Source of the DNA: Craspedostauros australis
Lineage: Eukaryota
Direction: 5' to 3'
Assembly: GCA_030167865.1 (NCBI GenBank)
Contig: JALAGF010005345.1
Span: 1 to 64,000 of the forward strand
Length of the DNA: 64,000 nt
The translations under genes were made by a program, and so were the position numbers. The notes beneath the pieces were generated by a model. The model saw only the letters and a list, made by a program, of their open reading frames with translations, was not told the origin of the DNA and ran no database searches. Numbering within the stretch: the stretch's first letter is position 1; each line of letters starts with the position of its first letter. Positions 10,934-21,642 of this stretch are shown in pieces.

Positions 10934-13900
10934 ATGGATCAAAGCAAAGCAACCAAGCCAGAAGAGAGGCAGGAGGAGGAAGGGGAGATCGCAGTGCCAA
11001 TGGCAACGGACGACGGGGACAGCAAAGCCGCTGCAGCAGGGGGAGTCGCAGCCGGCACTGAGAAAAAGAGTGCGGATGCCAAACCGGCAACAATGACGGA
11101 AGCAACACCAGCATCGGCAACAACCGACGGAGATACCAACACCAACGCCACAGCCAAAGCAGCGGAAACTGCGACCGCAAAAGAGACTGCAACCGAACCT
11201 ACCAAAACTATTGTGAAAGAGGAGACCAAGACGGTGGCTGAGGCTTCTGCGACTGTGAGCGGTGATACAAGTGCTGCTGCTCCTACAACGACTACTGCCA
11301 CTGCCACGACGCCTCCTGTTGCTCTTGCAGACGCTACCAGTGTCAAAGACCAGCCTTCGGATAGCAACAATGTTGCGGAAAAGGCAACACCAACGGCAAC
11401 CGACTCGAGGTCATCCGCAACTGCCAAGGACGCTCCCAAACCAATGGAAGTTGATGACAATGCAAAACCTACCACCAATACAGACACAAACGCACCTGCA
11501 AGTACAACAGCAACAGCACCTGTGATCAAGACTGAACCAGTAGCAACGACTGCGACAAAAGCTGAAACCACTACCAGTACGAGTGGCGGTGCGAACCCCA
11601 CTCCTCCATCCAATACTGACGAGACGCAATCTGCATCAACAGAGCCACCAGCAAAGTCACCGGTGAAAGCAGAAGCAACGCCGACACCAACGGACGCAGC
11701 ACAGGACAAGACCTCAAATGCTGATAGTGCAGAGGCAACCAAGGCAGCAGACGCCACCGACAAGCCAAGTGCCCAACCGAAGGAAGAGCCGAAGGATGAT
11801 GCAAAGGCACCAGCCGATAAACCGGCAGCTGCAACTCCTGAAGCGAAGGCCACAAACACTCCAGAAAGCGAAGCGAAGGAAGAGAAGGGAGATGAAGCAC
11901 CACAAGTACCAGCACCACCCACAACTGCTGCTGAGTCCACAACTGACACCACGATTACGACAACGACTAAAAGCAAAGCTGAGACCCTTGATTCCAAAAT
12001 GACGGTTCCCGCGGCTTCTGACAAAAAGAACGACACGAGCACTGCGACAACATCAGCTTCTCAAGATGGCACTGCCAAAACCAAAGTCAAGGACGAGAGC
12101 AAAGACGAAGCCACCGGCAAGGTCGCAGAGAAGGTGAATGGTGAGATGAAGGACCAGGAAATGAAAGAGAGCGAAGAAGCGCCCAAGAAGACGACGGCTG
12201 AGGAATCTGCCGTTAAGGACGACACAGACGATGCCATGCAGGTCGACAAACCCCCAGCTGACACCAAACTGGAATCCACGGAAGCAACCAAAACTCAGTC
12301 TGTGAAGACACCACACAATGGTCCGAAGAAGGATTCTTCTGGGGGAGATGCCGCTGATAAACCTGCCACGGGATCAAGCGAGGCTACAACTACGGCCGCT
12401 GCGAAGGAGAAAAAGGCAGAAAGCCCCGCTGAGGCCAAAGCAACGCCTGAACGAAATCCGCCAACCGGTGGGCCCAAAATCAAGCTGGAGGCAAAGGCAG
12501 ACAAGGCAACTTCCAACAAGCCAACAACGAAGATGGAAGAATCAGCTTCGAAGCAGAAGAAAAAGAAGCCTGAACCAAAGAATCAGGATACCGCCTCCAG
12601 CAAAGCCAAATCGGAACCCACTGAAGCTGCGCGAAGCAAAACGGGATCACCCTCCGCACCATCACCAAAGACAAGCAAAGAAGCAGGAAAAGGTGGAGAA
12701 GCCACTGCGATGGACACTGACGAAGTTGTTGACTCCACTCCGCCAGCCTCTGCTGCAGGTGCAGGTGCTGTGACAACAGCTGGTGCTGATTCCAACGAGG
12801 ATCCAAAATCTGAGACTGCCAGTGGCAAATCAGAACTCGCCTACAGTACCAGAGGCAGAACAACGACAACATCATCAGCGACCTCTTCTGTTGCTGGTGC
12901 TGAAGGAACCAAGGCATCAACAAACAACCACGCAAACGAGAAGGGCGACCGCCGTGGTGGTGGAAGGGATACCCACACAGATGATGCTGCTCGGTCGGCA
13001 GAACCAACTCCGGCCCCCATGGGTGCATTCTTGGATTCGCTCAACGAAGAGGAGAGACGCACGCGAACGAGATTCTTGCCTGATGTTGATGGCATGCGCG
13101 CGCTGAGGAAGAGCGAGGTCAAGGATGATCTCGCGCTTGCGCGAGTGTTGATGGGGAGTGACGGGCAGCGCCGACCGAAGCTGAAGAAGATGAAGCCCAC
13201 GGAGATTCCCGATGGCATGCAGGTTGAAGGCGAAGAGAGTCCTCCCACTTCGGAGGCAGAGTCTGACGTCGTGCGACCCGACACCTCCACCGTCAATCTT
13301 GGCATCCGTGAGCTCCTCGTTCCCTCGAAGGCTTTCGTCCCGCCGCCCGCTCTCATCCAAGGCGATAGCGTAGACATCATGGAAGGCACCGTGGACGAGA
13401 TCAGCGGAGCCGACGTCATCCCACCATCCATTGTGGAGTCGATCACCGCATTCAATCCGCCGAGACCGCCCGAATCCGTTGGGACGAAAAAGAAGCATCG
13501 CATGCTGAGATGGGAGAGACGGCCACAGGATGTCGAGCTCGATCTTCGCAACTACAGAAAGACGGTGCAACGGACGCGTCATGAATTCGGCAAGGCGACC
13601 ATTCAGAAGCAACGGTTGGAGACCCTCAATGCTCACTTGCGACGTCACTTCCTCAGCCATCTCAATTATTTGAACGAGGAGTATCATCTCCTCAATTCCG
13701 AGTACGGTTCGGTGCAAGAAGAATGCGTCAAGCTCATGAAAGAAATGAACGCAGCTTCCGCACAGGCTGACAAGATCGGATCTGACAGCAGAAGTATCAT
13801 GGCTGATACGATGATCGCATTGAAGAACCAGGGCGACCAAATGAGCAAGCAGAAGGCCACCGATTTGCAGGCGAAGAAGGCAGCGAAGTCGATCAAATCA

Positions 13901-15673
13901 CAAGTGCATCCGAACAAGGCTGGTCTTGGAGGGTTGACTCATGGCGCCTTCCGTGACTGGAGCCGCAACTCCAAGTTCGCGAACGCAGCCCTGTCCAACG
14001 GCTGGGTGCTGCCTGGTGACAGGGTCCAAACTCCCTTTGGTGACGGCAAAGTCATCCGAATCGACTTCCCCAAGTTGGCAGACGGAGAAAACAATGGTCA
14101 TACGAACGGAAATGACATGCCACAAGGTCGTAATGGGTGGGACGCAGCGTCGGAGACATGGGATGTCACCCCTCCCCGAATCGCCGTTGCCTTGAACCAT
14201 GGCACTGGGTACTTCCCATCGAAATCGATCACGTTGAAAGACCACCCCATGTCGCTCTCGGATCCGTTGCTTGTGAAACGGTGGGACCTACTTGTGGAGA
14301 TGGCACAGACCATGGGACCGAGCCTCGACATCGAGGGGATCCAAACCGCTGTGAAAGGACTTAAATCCAGTCTGGGGCCGTCCGATTCAAAAGCAGCCAT
14401 GCCCAAGGTTGATGCCAAGGCTCCTGCTGCAGCAGCTGCTAGTGTTGCGAGTGATGGTGGTGATGCATCACCTTCTGCGGCTGCCAAGATCACTGAAACG
14501 AATGAGAGTAGTATCACCGATGGTGCAGTCGGTCCTCACAGCGACGCCAAGACTGCGGCTGTCACTGCGACGACAGCGACTACTACTACTACTACTACTG
14601 CAGCTATCAAGATGGAGACCGATGATGTCAAGGGTCAACCAACCAAGGACGTGGTAGCAGGCGCAGATGCAGATGCAGATGCGATCAACGGGGAGGAAGA
14701 CAAGTCGGAAGGTCCATTCCGGCATTCCAAGAACATCTACCTGCCATACGGAGCTGGCCTTTTGCCTACGAGAGCCGGAAGAGGCGTGCATCTGGACAAG
14801 ATCAAGATGGAAGAAGTGGAGAAGGCAGTGCAGGATGCTCTGTTCGATGGGGAAGGTGTCCTCGGCACGGTAAGTGTTGCTGTTGCTGATGCTGTCACGA
14901 GTGCATCTGCGCATGATATGCGCGAACTTGCTGTGATCACACTGATAATAGGCTCCATGCATGAGCGCGGCATGATGCGGTGCAAGCAGAGTAAAGTGAG
15001 GGAATATGCACACACACACACGGCTCACGCATCAATCTGAATTCTTCCTGTGGTCGACGTTGACATCAACATCGACATCATGTTGGTGCTGTGACCAACA
15101 ATTGTTGCGATACTTGTGCAGAAATCCAACATGGGAGTGACGGCCGAAATCCGAGAGCTGGAGGACCGCTCTCAGGAGTATGCGACATTGATGGCCGAAG
15201 TATCCCAGCAACGCAACGCTCTGTTCCGTCAACGGCGAATTCGCACGTTGAATGAACGCACCCACGCAGCCACGACGGAACGCGCCGCGCGTATCGAAGG
15301 TTTGGTGGAGGAGATGCGGTCTGACCTGAACAGCTTGAAACGCAGATTGGACGATGAGCTCACAGAGCTGGGAATCTCGCAGGGATCCGTGAATGCCATC
15401 CTCACGAAGCATTACGAGACGAAGCATCCCGACATTTTCAAGGCTCTTGGCACAGCAGCCGCAGTCGTGCAACAAGGAGACAGCAAACGGCAGAAGGTAT
15501 CAGATGCGCCAAACAAGGAGGAAGAGAGCGGTGGCGGCGGTGCTGCCAAGGCCGCCTCGGAAACCACCGATATGGCGGTAGACGCTGACAGCAACACCAA
15601 CAAGAGCAAGAGCGAAGCCGGAACACCAGCAGCGACGGAGGCGACTGCCAAGGCAGTCCAAAGCGCTGCATGA
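10934..15673 (+). CDS. Large hypothetical protein (~1500 aa): ~700-aa disordered A/T/K/E/P/S N-terminus, coiled coils, SH3/KOW-like motif
   Basis: Exons 10934-14869 and 15122-15673 (acg|gtaagt ... gtgcag|aaa). Long open frame; ordered-looking blocks such as FNPPRPPESVGTKKKHRMLRWERRP and PGDRVQTPFGDGKV; no signal peptide. Confidence 0.8.
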
Positions 15674-16976
15674 ATCCTGTGATCCGTTCCAACAGGACTG
15701 ATGCATCCGCTGTGATATGTAGTGTATTCGATTCGATTCTATTGGTGACGGGGATAGCGCAGAAGTTCCACCATGCATAGGGATGCTCGTTGTAGTATCT
15801 GTATAGATGCAAGTATGTAAACGAGGCAGTTTGAAATTGAACTTCGTTGCATTCGAACTGCGTTACGATGCGCCAGTGTGTAGAACAGAGCTTAGTGGAG
15901 TGGAGTGAGTAGCCTATGATGATGTCCAAGCACAGCAAAGGACTGTGGTCGCCAAAGTGGCGTCTCTCCAGGTTCTCGTGGTAGTACGCGTACAGGTCCC
16001 ACACTTGCCCTTGGTGTGTGGTGGAGGCGCTCCGGTAGCACTCCCACCAACAAGAACAAGGAAAATGTGAGCGTTGCTGTCCGCGAGTGGAATTTTTTGC
16101 ACCATGTCAGTCGTTGATTGCTGACCACCAACTAATCCCAACGAGTCGTGAAGACAGTTTGGTTCACGTTTTCACGTCACGACTCACTTATTCGAATCAA
16201 TTATTTGTATTCGTCCTTGTATAAATATATCTAAATTTGGACTGTCTGCCCAATACAGACCATTCGTGCACGGTGGCTGTACCTCCAACGCAAACTCCGA
16301 GTCGGACAGCCCAACTTAGGAGATGTGAGGCAAGGTTAACGGCTTGGTGTGGAAATGGACTGGGAACATACAGGATGACACGAGGAAGCATCTGTTGCTT
16401 CCAAGAGCAAGAGAAGACATGGCTCATTGGATCGACAGGTGCGCACCATCGGGAGAAACCAGCATCATCGGTATCAACGACGGCATCGACTCCAGCCTCG
16501 CCTCCTCTCTCTTCCTCCGGCGCGGTTTGTCGCGTGCTCCCTCTTGCGGTCCATGGTCGACCACTGAGAGAAGAGCAGAACGTGGCGAAAGAAGTGAGAG
16601 CACAAGAAAATCATTGAACAAGGTGCACCCGTACTTGGATTGTTGTCGGTGTCGGTGCTGCTGTCGGTGCTGTTGTTGCTGTGGCTGTTGACGTTGACGA
16701 TCTACAACAACCGCAGAGAGGCATTTGCGCGCAGAAGACTTCAATCGCCATCAAGACGAGAAGCGCTCCACTCGCACCTACTCTATCTCTGCTCTCTATC
16801 TCTGCAGGGGACAATACATTTCTCGGACTCCGCGGATACAATAGTCTGTTCCACGCACCCGCACTCGAACGTTGGGCATTGTGCAGCCAAGCGATTCTCA
16901 AGAACCCTGCTGAGCTCATTTTTGTGGGACCATTGGTGCGGATTGCAGCTTTCTGCTTTGGGCGGATGATTCATTG

Positions 16977-17024
16977 AAGCATCGACTCATTCAAGCATCG
17001 ACTCATTCAAGCACTGAAGCACTG
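16977..17024. repeat. Short tandem repeats (aagcatcgactcattc x2, aagcactg x2) upstream of the 17125 gene
   Basis: Seen directly. Confidence 0.8.
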
Positions 17025-17124
17025 ACACACCGATGAATGGTGCATTGTTAATCAGACAACAGACAACAGACAATAGACGCAACGCCACCAAGAGACGACA
17101 CGGAGTCAGAACGAGAACAAAACC

Positions 17125-20100
17125 ATGAGCAGCATTCGGAGAGGTAGCAATGATGGCGCTCGCTCCGAGTGGAGTGGCGGCCTCTCCGTCAAGGATAGGA
17201 TTCGTGCCATGAGCAAGACTACAGGCGGGAACACAGAGGATGCTGGAGGCAGCCGTGCCAACCATCCTGCTCCTGTCGACGGTGCTCACGGAAGAAGTCA
17301 GTGTCATAATAATGGTCACGATCAGGAACGCTGCGACAACTACGACGCCCATGACAACGGCGATCATTCGGCAGCCAGCCCCACTGCGACCTACAGCATG
17401 GGACAAGCTGGCGGCCTGCGCACCATCAGCGCTGCCTTGAGCCCTGCCATGCTGCCTCCGCAACCTATGGCACACAAGGAATCTGTCAAGGACTCCGTGA
17501 ACACCGAGATGACGGACGAGATGTCAGATGATGAATCCGCACCTCGGAGAAGCAGCGTTGTGGACATGTGGCGGAAGCGCGAGGAGGCTGCAACTCGAAG
17601 TGGCAGCATCAGCAACAGGGTTGTCCCATCAGGCAATCGCCCACCTGCGCAGTCACGTCAACCCATCATCGTTTCCTCCTCTCCGACCAACACCAACAGC
17701 AACAGCAACAGGAACAACAATGTCAACAACAATGTCAACCACACGGATCATCTAGAAGAAAAGAAAGAGCAGCATGCCGCTGAGGAAATGCATCACAAGT
17801 CGATTCCGGCATCCCCAGCCAGGGAACAGCAACGGCCAGCATCGGCACCGCTGCCGTTCGAGACTGATTACTCCAACGGTCAAGCCGATAATTCTCAACG
17901 AGCCCCAACGACAAGCACTGGATGGGACAGAAGTCAGCATTCGAATCAACACCCGAATCAGCACCCACATCAGCATTCGCATTCATACTCCCAACAAAAC
18001 CAAACGGAACAGGAATCACCACCAGCTGCGCAGCGAAATGATGTCGAGGCGAGAAGCGAGATATCCATGCAATCCGGCACATCAGGCTTCTCACGACGTG
18101 GCACCGTCGCAGATATCTGGACGAAGAGGATTAATAAGAGCAGAGGTGAGACCTCCAATCAGGATTCTCACCATTCGGAACGTCACTCAACCCTCACTCC
18201 AACGCCAAAGCCTGCCATCGGCAGCAACAACAAGCTCCCACCACTGCCAACGTCGGCGCAACACGCAACTCAATCGAGGTCCGCAGCATCACCCGTCGTC
18301 TTCTTCCCAGACGATGGCAACGACCAGTCGGATGCCAACCACAGTGATGCCAATGTTCATGTGAATGCCTACAACAATGGCAACAACAATGGCAACAGCA
18401 ATGCCAACGCACATGGGAGATACAGCCCCGCCCATCATCCAGACGAGTCACAGCCTCAGACTCCCTCCAGGACGAAGGGTCTCACTGCGGCCGATATCGC
18501 GCAGCACACCAAGGTGGACAACATGCGATATGGTTTCCGCAACTACCGATCCAACAGCTTTGGCGCCTTCAAGAGCGATTCCCGCGCTGCCTCACCCATC
18601 ACGTACTATTCGCCAAAGTCGGACGTGGGAGTTTCAGACCGATGGACCAAACGAAGTCCGAGTCCCACCATGCTATCCATGCCGCTTTACCACAACAACA
18701 TGGGTGCTGGTTCCAAGTCATCGATCTTCACGGGTCTGCGATCCATGTCGCCTCGCGTGCAACCACCCAACTTCAAACACGAAACCGTTTCGCAACCGGA
18801 TCAAGACGACCACCTTGTCGCACAAGATCCTGAAACTAGTGAGCAGAGCGGCCAACCGCCGCAGGAACCTGAGAAGCCGGTCGCATCGTCTCCCTTCGGC
18901 AACGTCAAAGCGCAGTGGGAGCAACGCTTCGCGGCCAAAAAGAACACGCCGCCCGTGCGCACCACGCCCAGAAGAGACAGCAGCCTCACACGAAGCTCAC
19001 CGAGGCATGGCGCAACGCCCACGAATCGTTGGAAATCGCGACAGGAGGAGGATGCGCAGGATGTTGCCGAGGATGACATCGACAGGCCGATTCCGAAGGT
19101 GCGGAGACATTTGAGACCCTCCACACCAACGCAGCAGTACCAGCCTCGTGGAAGATCCAACTCCATCAACTTCGATGCACCTATTCCCTACGATGATGTT
19201 GCCGACAGGGATGGCAGTCTGACCCCATCTCAACGTCCCAAGAAGGATCTTGTCCAGATGGGCCAAAAGCACACCACCAGAGCCTACTCTCCCAAGACCT
19301 CCTCATCACCCAGAGCAATTTTTATGAATCCTTCCGTCAACTCCCACATGCATGATCACAATGACAGGGGGTTTGATAGCCACGTGGCCATGCCAAAGCT
19401 TGCGGATCACGAGAGACCTGCCTCGGAAGCTTCGCACGATGCGTCAACGGCGCCAAGCACCACGCCGTCACGAGCAACAATGAAGAAGCAACTTGTCATG
19501 GCCAGGTACCGCCACAGAAAGCGCAATCAGAGCAACAGTGGAGACTCTCCACAAACACCAAACTCGGCGCAGGAGCATCTCATGGCACCTGCAGCTGAAG
19601 CCGATGGGATGTCCCATGGCCAGGATCCCAATGCACCAAGGGCATCGCCAATTGACCCAATCGCTGTGGGACAACAAGCATCGCATCAACATTATCACCA
19701 ACAGCAGCAGCGGCAGTCTTCTCATATGGCCGACCCCATCAACAGCAATCAAGGGCACGAGATCATCTTGGATACGCATGTCGACGAGGTTGTAGCTGTC
19801 AATGGACAGCAGAATCCAATATCCCCCACGGACTCGGAATTCACGCCGTTGAGTGTGTCAGATCCGGAATCCTTTCATCTCCCAGCAGATGGTCAGCAGG
19901 AGCAGAACCCGCTGACTCCGACCAGCATCAACGCGGTCAAGCCGACACCGTATTACCACGCTGTGCAGCAGCAGCAGCCACGGGACGGCGACACCCGGTC
20001 CTTCGTCAGTTCAGGTACGGCATTTTCGGGTGTCTCACAAGGCTCGGCCGGTTCCTCGTCTCTGGCCAACCGCGCGAGAAGCGTACTAGCCGCGCAACGT

Positions 20101-21120
20101 CTCAAGAAGCACAGCCAGTCCGTGAACCAGATTGGGAATGCGCCAGTGGTTACGCCCAAGCCGGTGCCGACGCCCAGCATCCAGCCAAAGCAACCCACCC
20201 CCACAGATGATCTCGGCGATCCACCAATGTTGACGCCATTGCCCGTACACATGCGCACGCAATCCTCTCCTCAAGCAACGACAGGCCAGCGAGGCAGCCC
20301 CTTGCGGCAGTTGAATTCCAGCATTCGTCATGATGCGCCAACGCCATTGATTGGGAGCAGCCGGCGAACTCTTCAGCAGGACACGGCGCAAGGCGCGCCG
20401 CCGCAGCAGCAGCCATCTCATACACGCACCGATGCTGCTGGTGCCACGGCCACGACCACGCAACCACAGGATGCAAGATCAACTGCCCAGCCAGCCGATG
20501 GCTTCCATCAGTCCATGTCTCCCATCGCCAGAGCGCGACAAGCACACTACAGCTTCGATTCGACCGTGACGGGAACAAGTTCCAGGATGCTGTCCACCAT
20601 CGGCAGCAGCGCCACCGAAAGCTTCAGTCCGAAACGTGACGGATCGACGGCTGCCGATTCATCGTTCAGGAGCGGAATCGAGACGCTGGATGATGCCACC
20701 AACACGTTGGTGCCGGATGAATTCGTATCAGAAAGCGCGGCAAATGTCAACGCGTTCCAGTCGGCCTACCAATCGCTCAGCTTGGAGCAGATTGCCAATG
20801 ATTTTCGGGAGGAGGTGGCAGGTTCCGTGGCGCAAGTGCAGGGCCTGGACTTTCACAAGCTGGCCTCCGACTTCAACTTCGGTGTCTCCGCCGCATCTGA
20901 CTCCATCAACAAGCTCGTTGGGACCGAGGTGTTCTCCACCACTAAGCCCAAGACCATCATGCCGAAGAATGCACCTGCCATCGATGAAGGTGTCGCGATC
21001 GAAGTGGAATACATCGAAGAAACGGATGCTGCCAGCCCGCGGCCAAGACGTAAAACGTCTTCACGAAATGGCAGGAGGCGAAGTCGCAGCCGCACTCGGC
21101 GAGCACAGAGCCGTCCGTAA
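17125..21120 (+). CDS. Hypothetical intrinsically disordered protein, 1331 aa, S/P/Q/N/H-rich
   Basis: Uninterrupted 4-kb ORF with accATGa start after an A/C-rich leader. Short helical motifs (SVKDRIRAM, SVVDMWRKRE, TVADIWTKR, NVKAQWEQRF) and an ordered C-terminal block ending VAIEVEYIEE. No recognisable domain. Confidence 0.8.
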   Translation: MSSIRRGSNDGARSEWSGGLSVKDRIRAMSKTTGGNTEDAGGSRANHPAPVDGAHGRSQCHNNGHDQERCDNYDAHDNGDHSAASPTATYSMGQAGGLRTISAALSPAMLPPQPMAHKESVKDSVNTEMTDEMSDDESAPRRSSVVDMWRKREEAATRSGSISNRVVPSGNRPPAQSRQPIIVSSSPTNTNSNSNRNNNVNNNVNHTDHLEEKKEQHAAEEMHHKSIPASPAREQQRPASAPLPFETDYSNGQADNSQRAPTTSTGWDRSQHSNQHPNQHPHQHSHSYSQQNQTEQESPPAAQRNDVEARSEISMQSGTSGFSRRGTVADIWTKRINKSRGETSNQDSHHSERHSTLTPTPKPAIGSNNKLPPLPTSAQHATQSRSAASPVVFFPDDGNDQSDANHSDANVHVNAYNNGNNNGNSNANAHGRYSPAHHPDESQPQTPSRTKGLTAADIAQHTKVDNMRYGFRNYRSNSFGAFKSDSRAASPITYYSPKSDVGVSDRWTKRSPSPTMLSMPLYHNNMGAGSKSSIFTGLRSMSPRVQPPNFKHETVSQPDQDDHLVAQDPETSEQSGQPPQEPEKPVASSPFGNVKAQWEQRFAAKKNTPPVRTTPRRDSSLTRSSPRHGATPTNRWKSRQEEDAQDVAEDDIDRPIPKVRRHLRPSTPTQQYQPRGRSNSINFDAPIPYDDVADRDGSLTPSQRPKKDLVQMGQKHTTRAYSPKTSSSPRAIFMNPSVNSHMHDHNDRGFDSHVAMPKLADHERPASEASHDASTAPSTTPSRATMKKQLVMARYRHRKRNQSNSGDSPQTPNSAQEHLMAPAAEADGMSHGQDPNAPRASPIDPIAVGQQASHQHYHQQQQRQSSHMADPINSNQGHEIILDTHVDEVVAVNGQQNPISPTDSEFTPLSVSDPESFHLPADGQQEQNPLTPTSINAVKPTPYYHAVQQQQPRDGDTRSFVSSGTAFSGVSQGSAGSSSLANRARSVLAAQRLKKHSQSVNQIGNAPVVTPKPVPTPSIQPKQPTPTDDLGDPPMLTPLPVHMRTQSSPQATTGQRGSPLRQLNSSIRHDAPTPLIGSSRRTLQQDTAQGAPPQQQPSHTRTDAAGATATTTQPQDARSTAQPADGFHQSMSPIARARQAHYSFDSTVTGTSSRMLSTIGSSATESFSPKRDGSTAADSSFRSGIETLDDATNTLVPDEFVSESAANVNAFQSAYQSLSLEQIANDFREEVAGSVAQVQGLDFHKLASDFNFGVSAASDSINKLVGTEVFSTTKPKTIMPKNAPAIDEGVAIEVEYIEETDAASPRPRRKTSSRNGRRRSRSRTRRAQSRP

Positions 21121-21642
21121 CTAACTATTGTAACACCCTTGTATACAGAGGACGAATATTTATGGCAACTAACGAATATTGGGCTCTTTGTCACTCGTAC
21201 GGGTACATCCTAGCAACGACCCCCCGCCTGCAATGCTCTCTGTTCAACACTTGCACTCGTATGAACGTACGAGCACATTGGTACCATGGCTCATACTCGT
21301 ATAGTACGACTGCGAGAAATTGCGTAACAAGAAGATTCCGTTGGTCGCGCCTCAGGAGTTGGCTGCACAGCCTAGATACTGATAGGTGATGCGCCACACC
21401 TTACAACTTCGTCAATACGAGCATAGTCATAGAGAGGACTACCGGAGTTATTATGTAAGAATAGTATCAGACTGAGGAAACATACAAATGCTGAAGTTGT
21501 TTCAGCTACCTGTTATAGTACTTGTATGGTGAATGCTTCTGTCCTGTGCCGATGTTCCATCGTCCTTGTTTCTTTCTTTCTTTCTTCCATCTCTGGTGCA
21601 CTGATTCGTTCTGTTGCTGATGTGAGGAATGATTCAATGCAT

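Noticed and set aside
10934..13000. Silaffin or cell-wall protein interpretation of the K/S/T-rich region
   Set aside because: No signal peptide and no regular KxxK/RxL repeats; the NLS-like motif suggests an intracellular protein.
15700..16980. Several short ORFs, possible gene or pseudogene fragment
   Set aside because: I could not build a consistent frame, splice model or recognisable motif.
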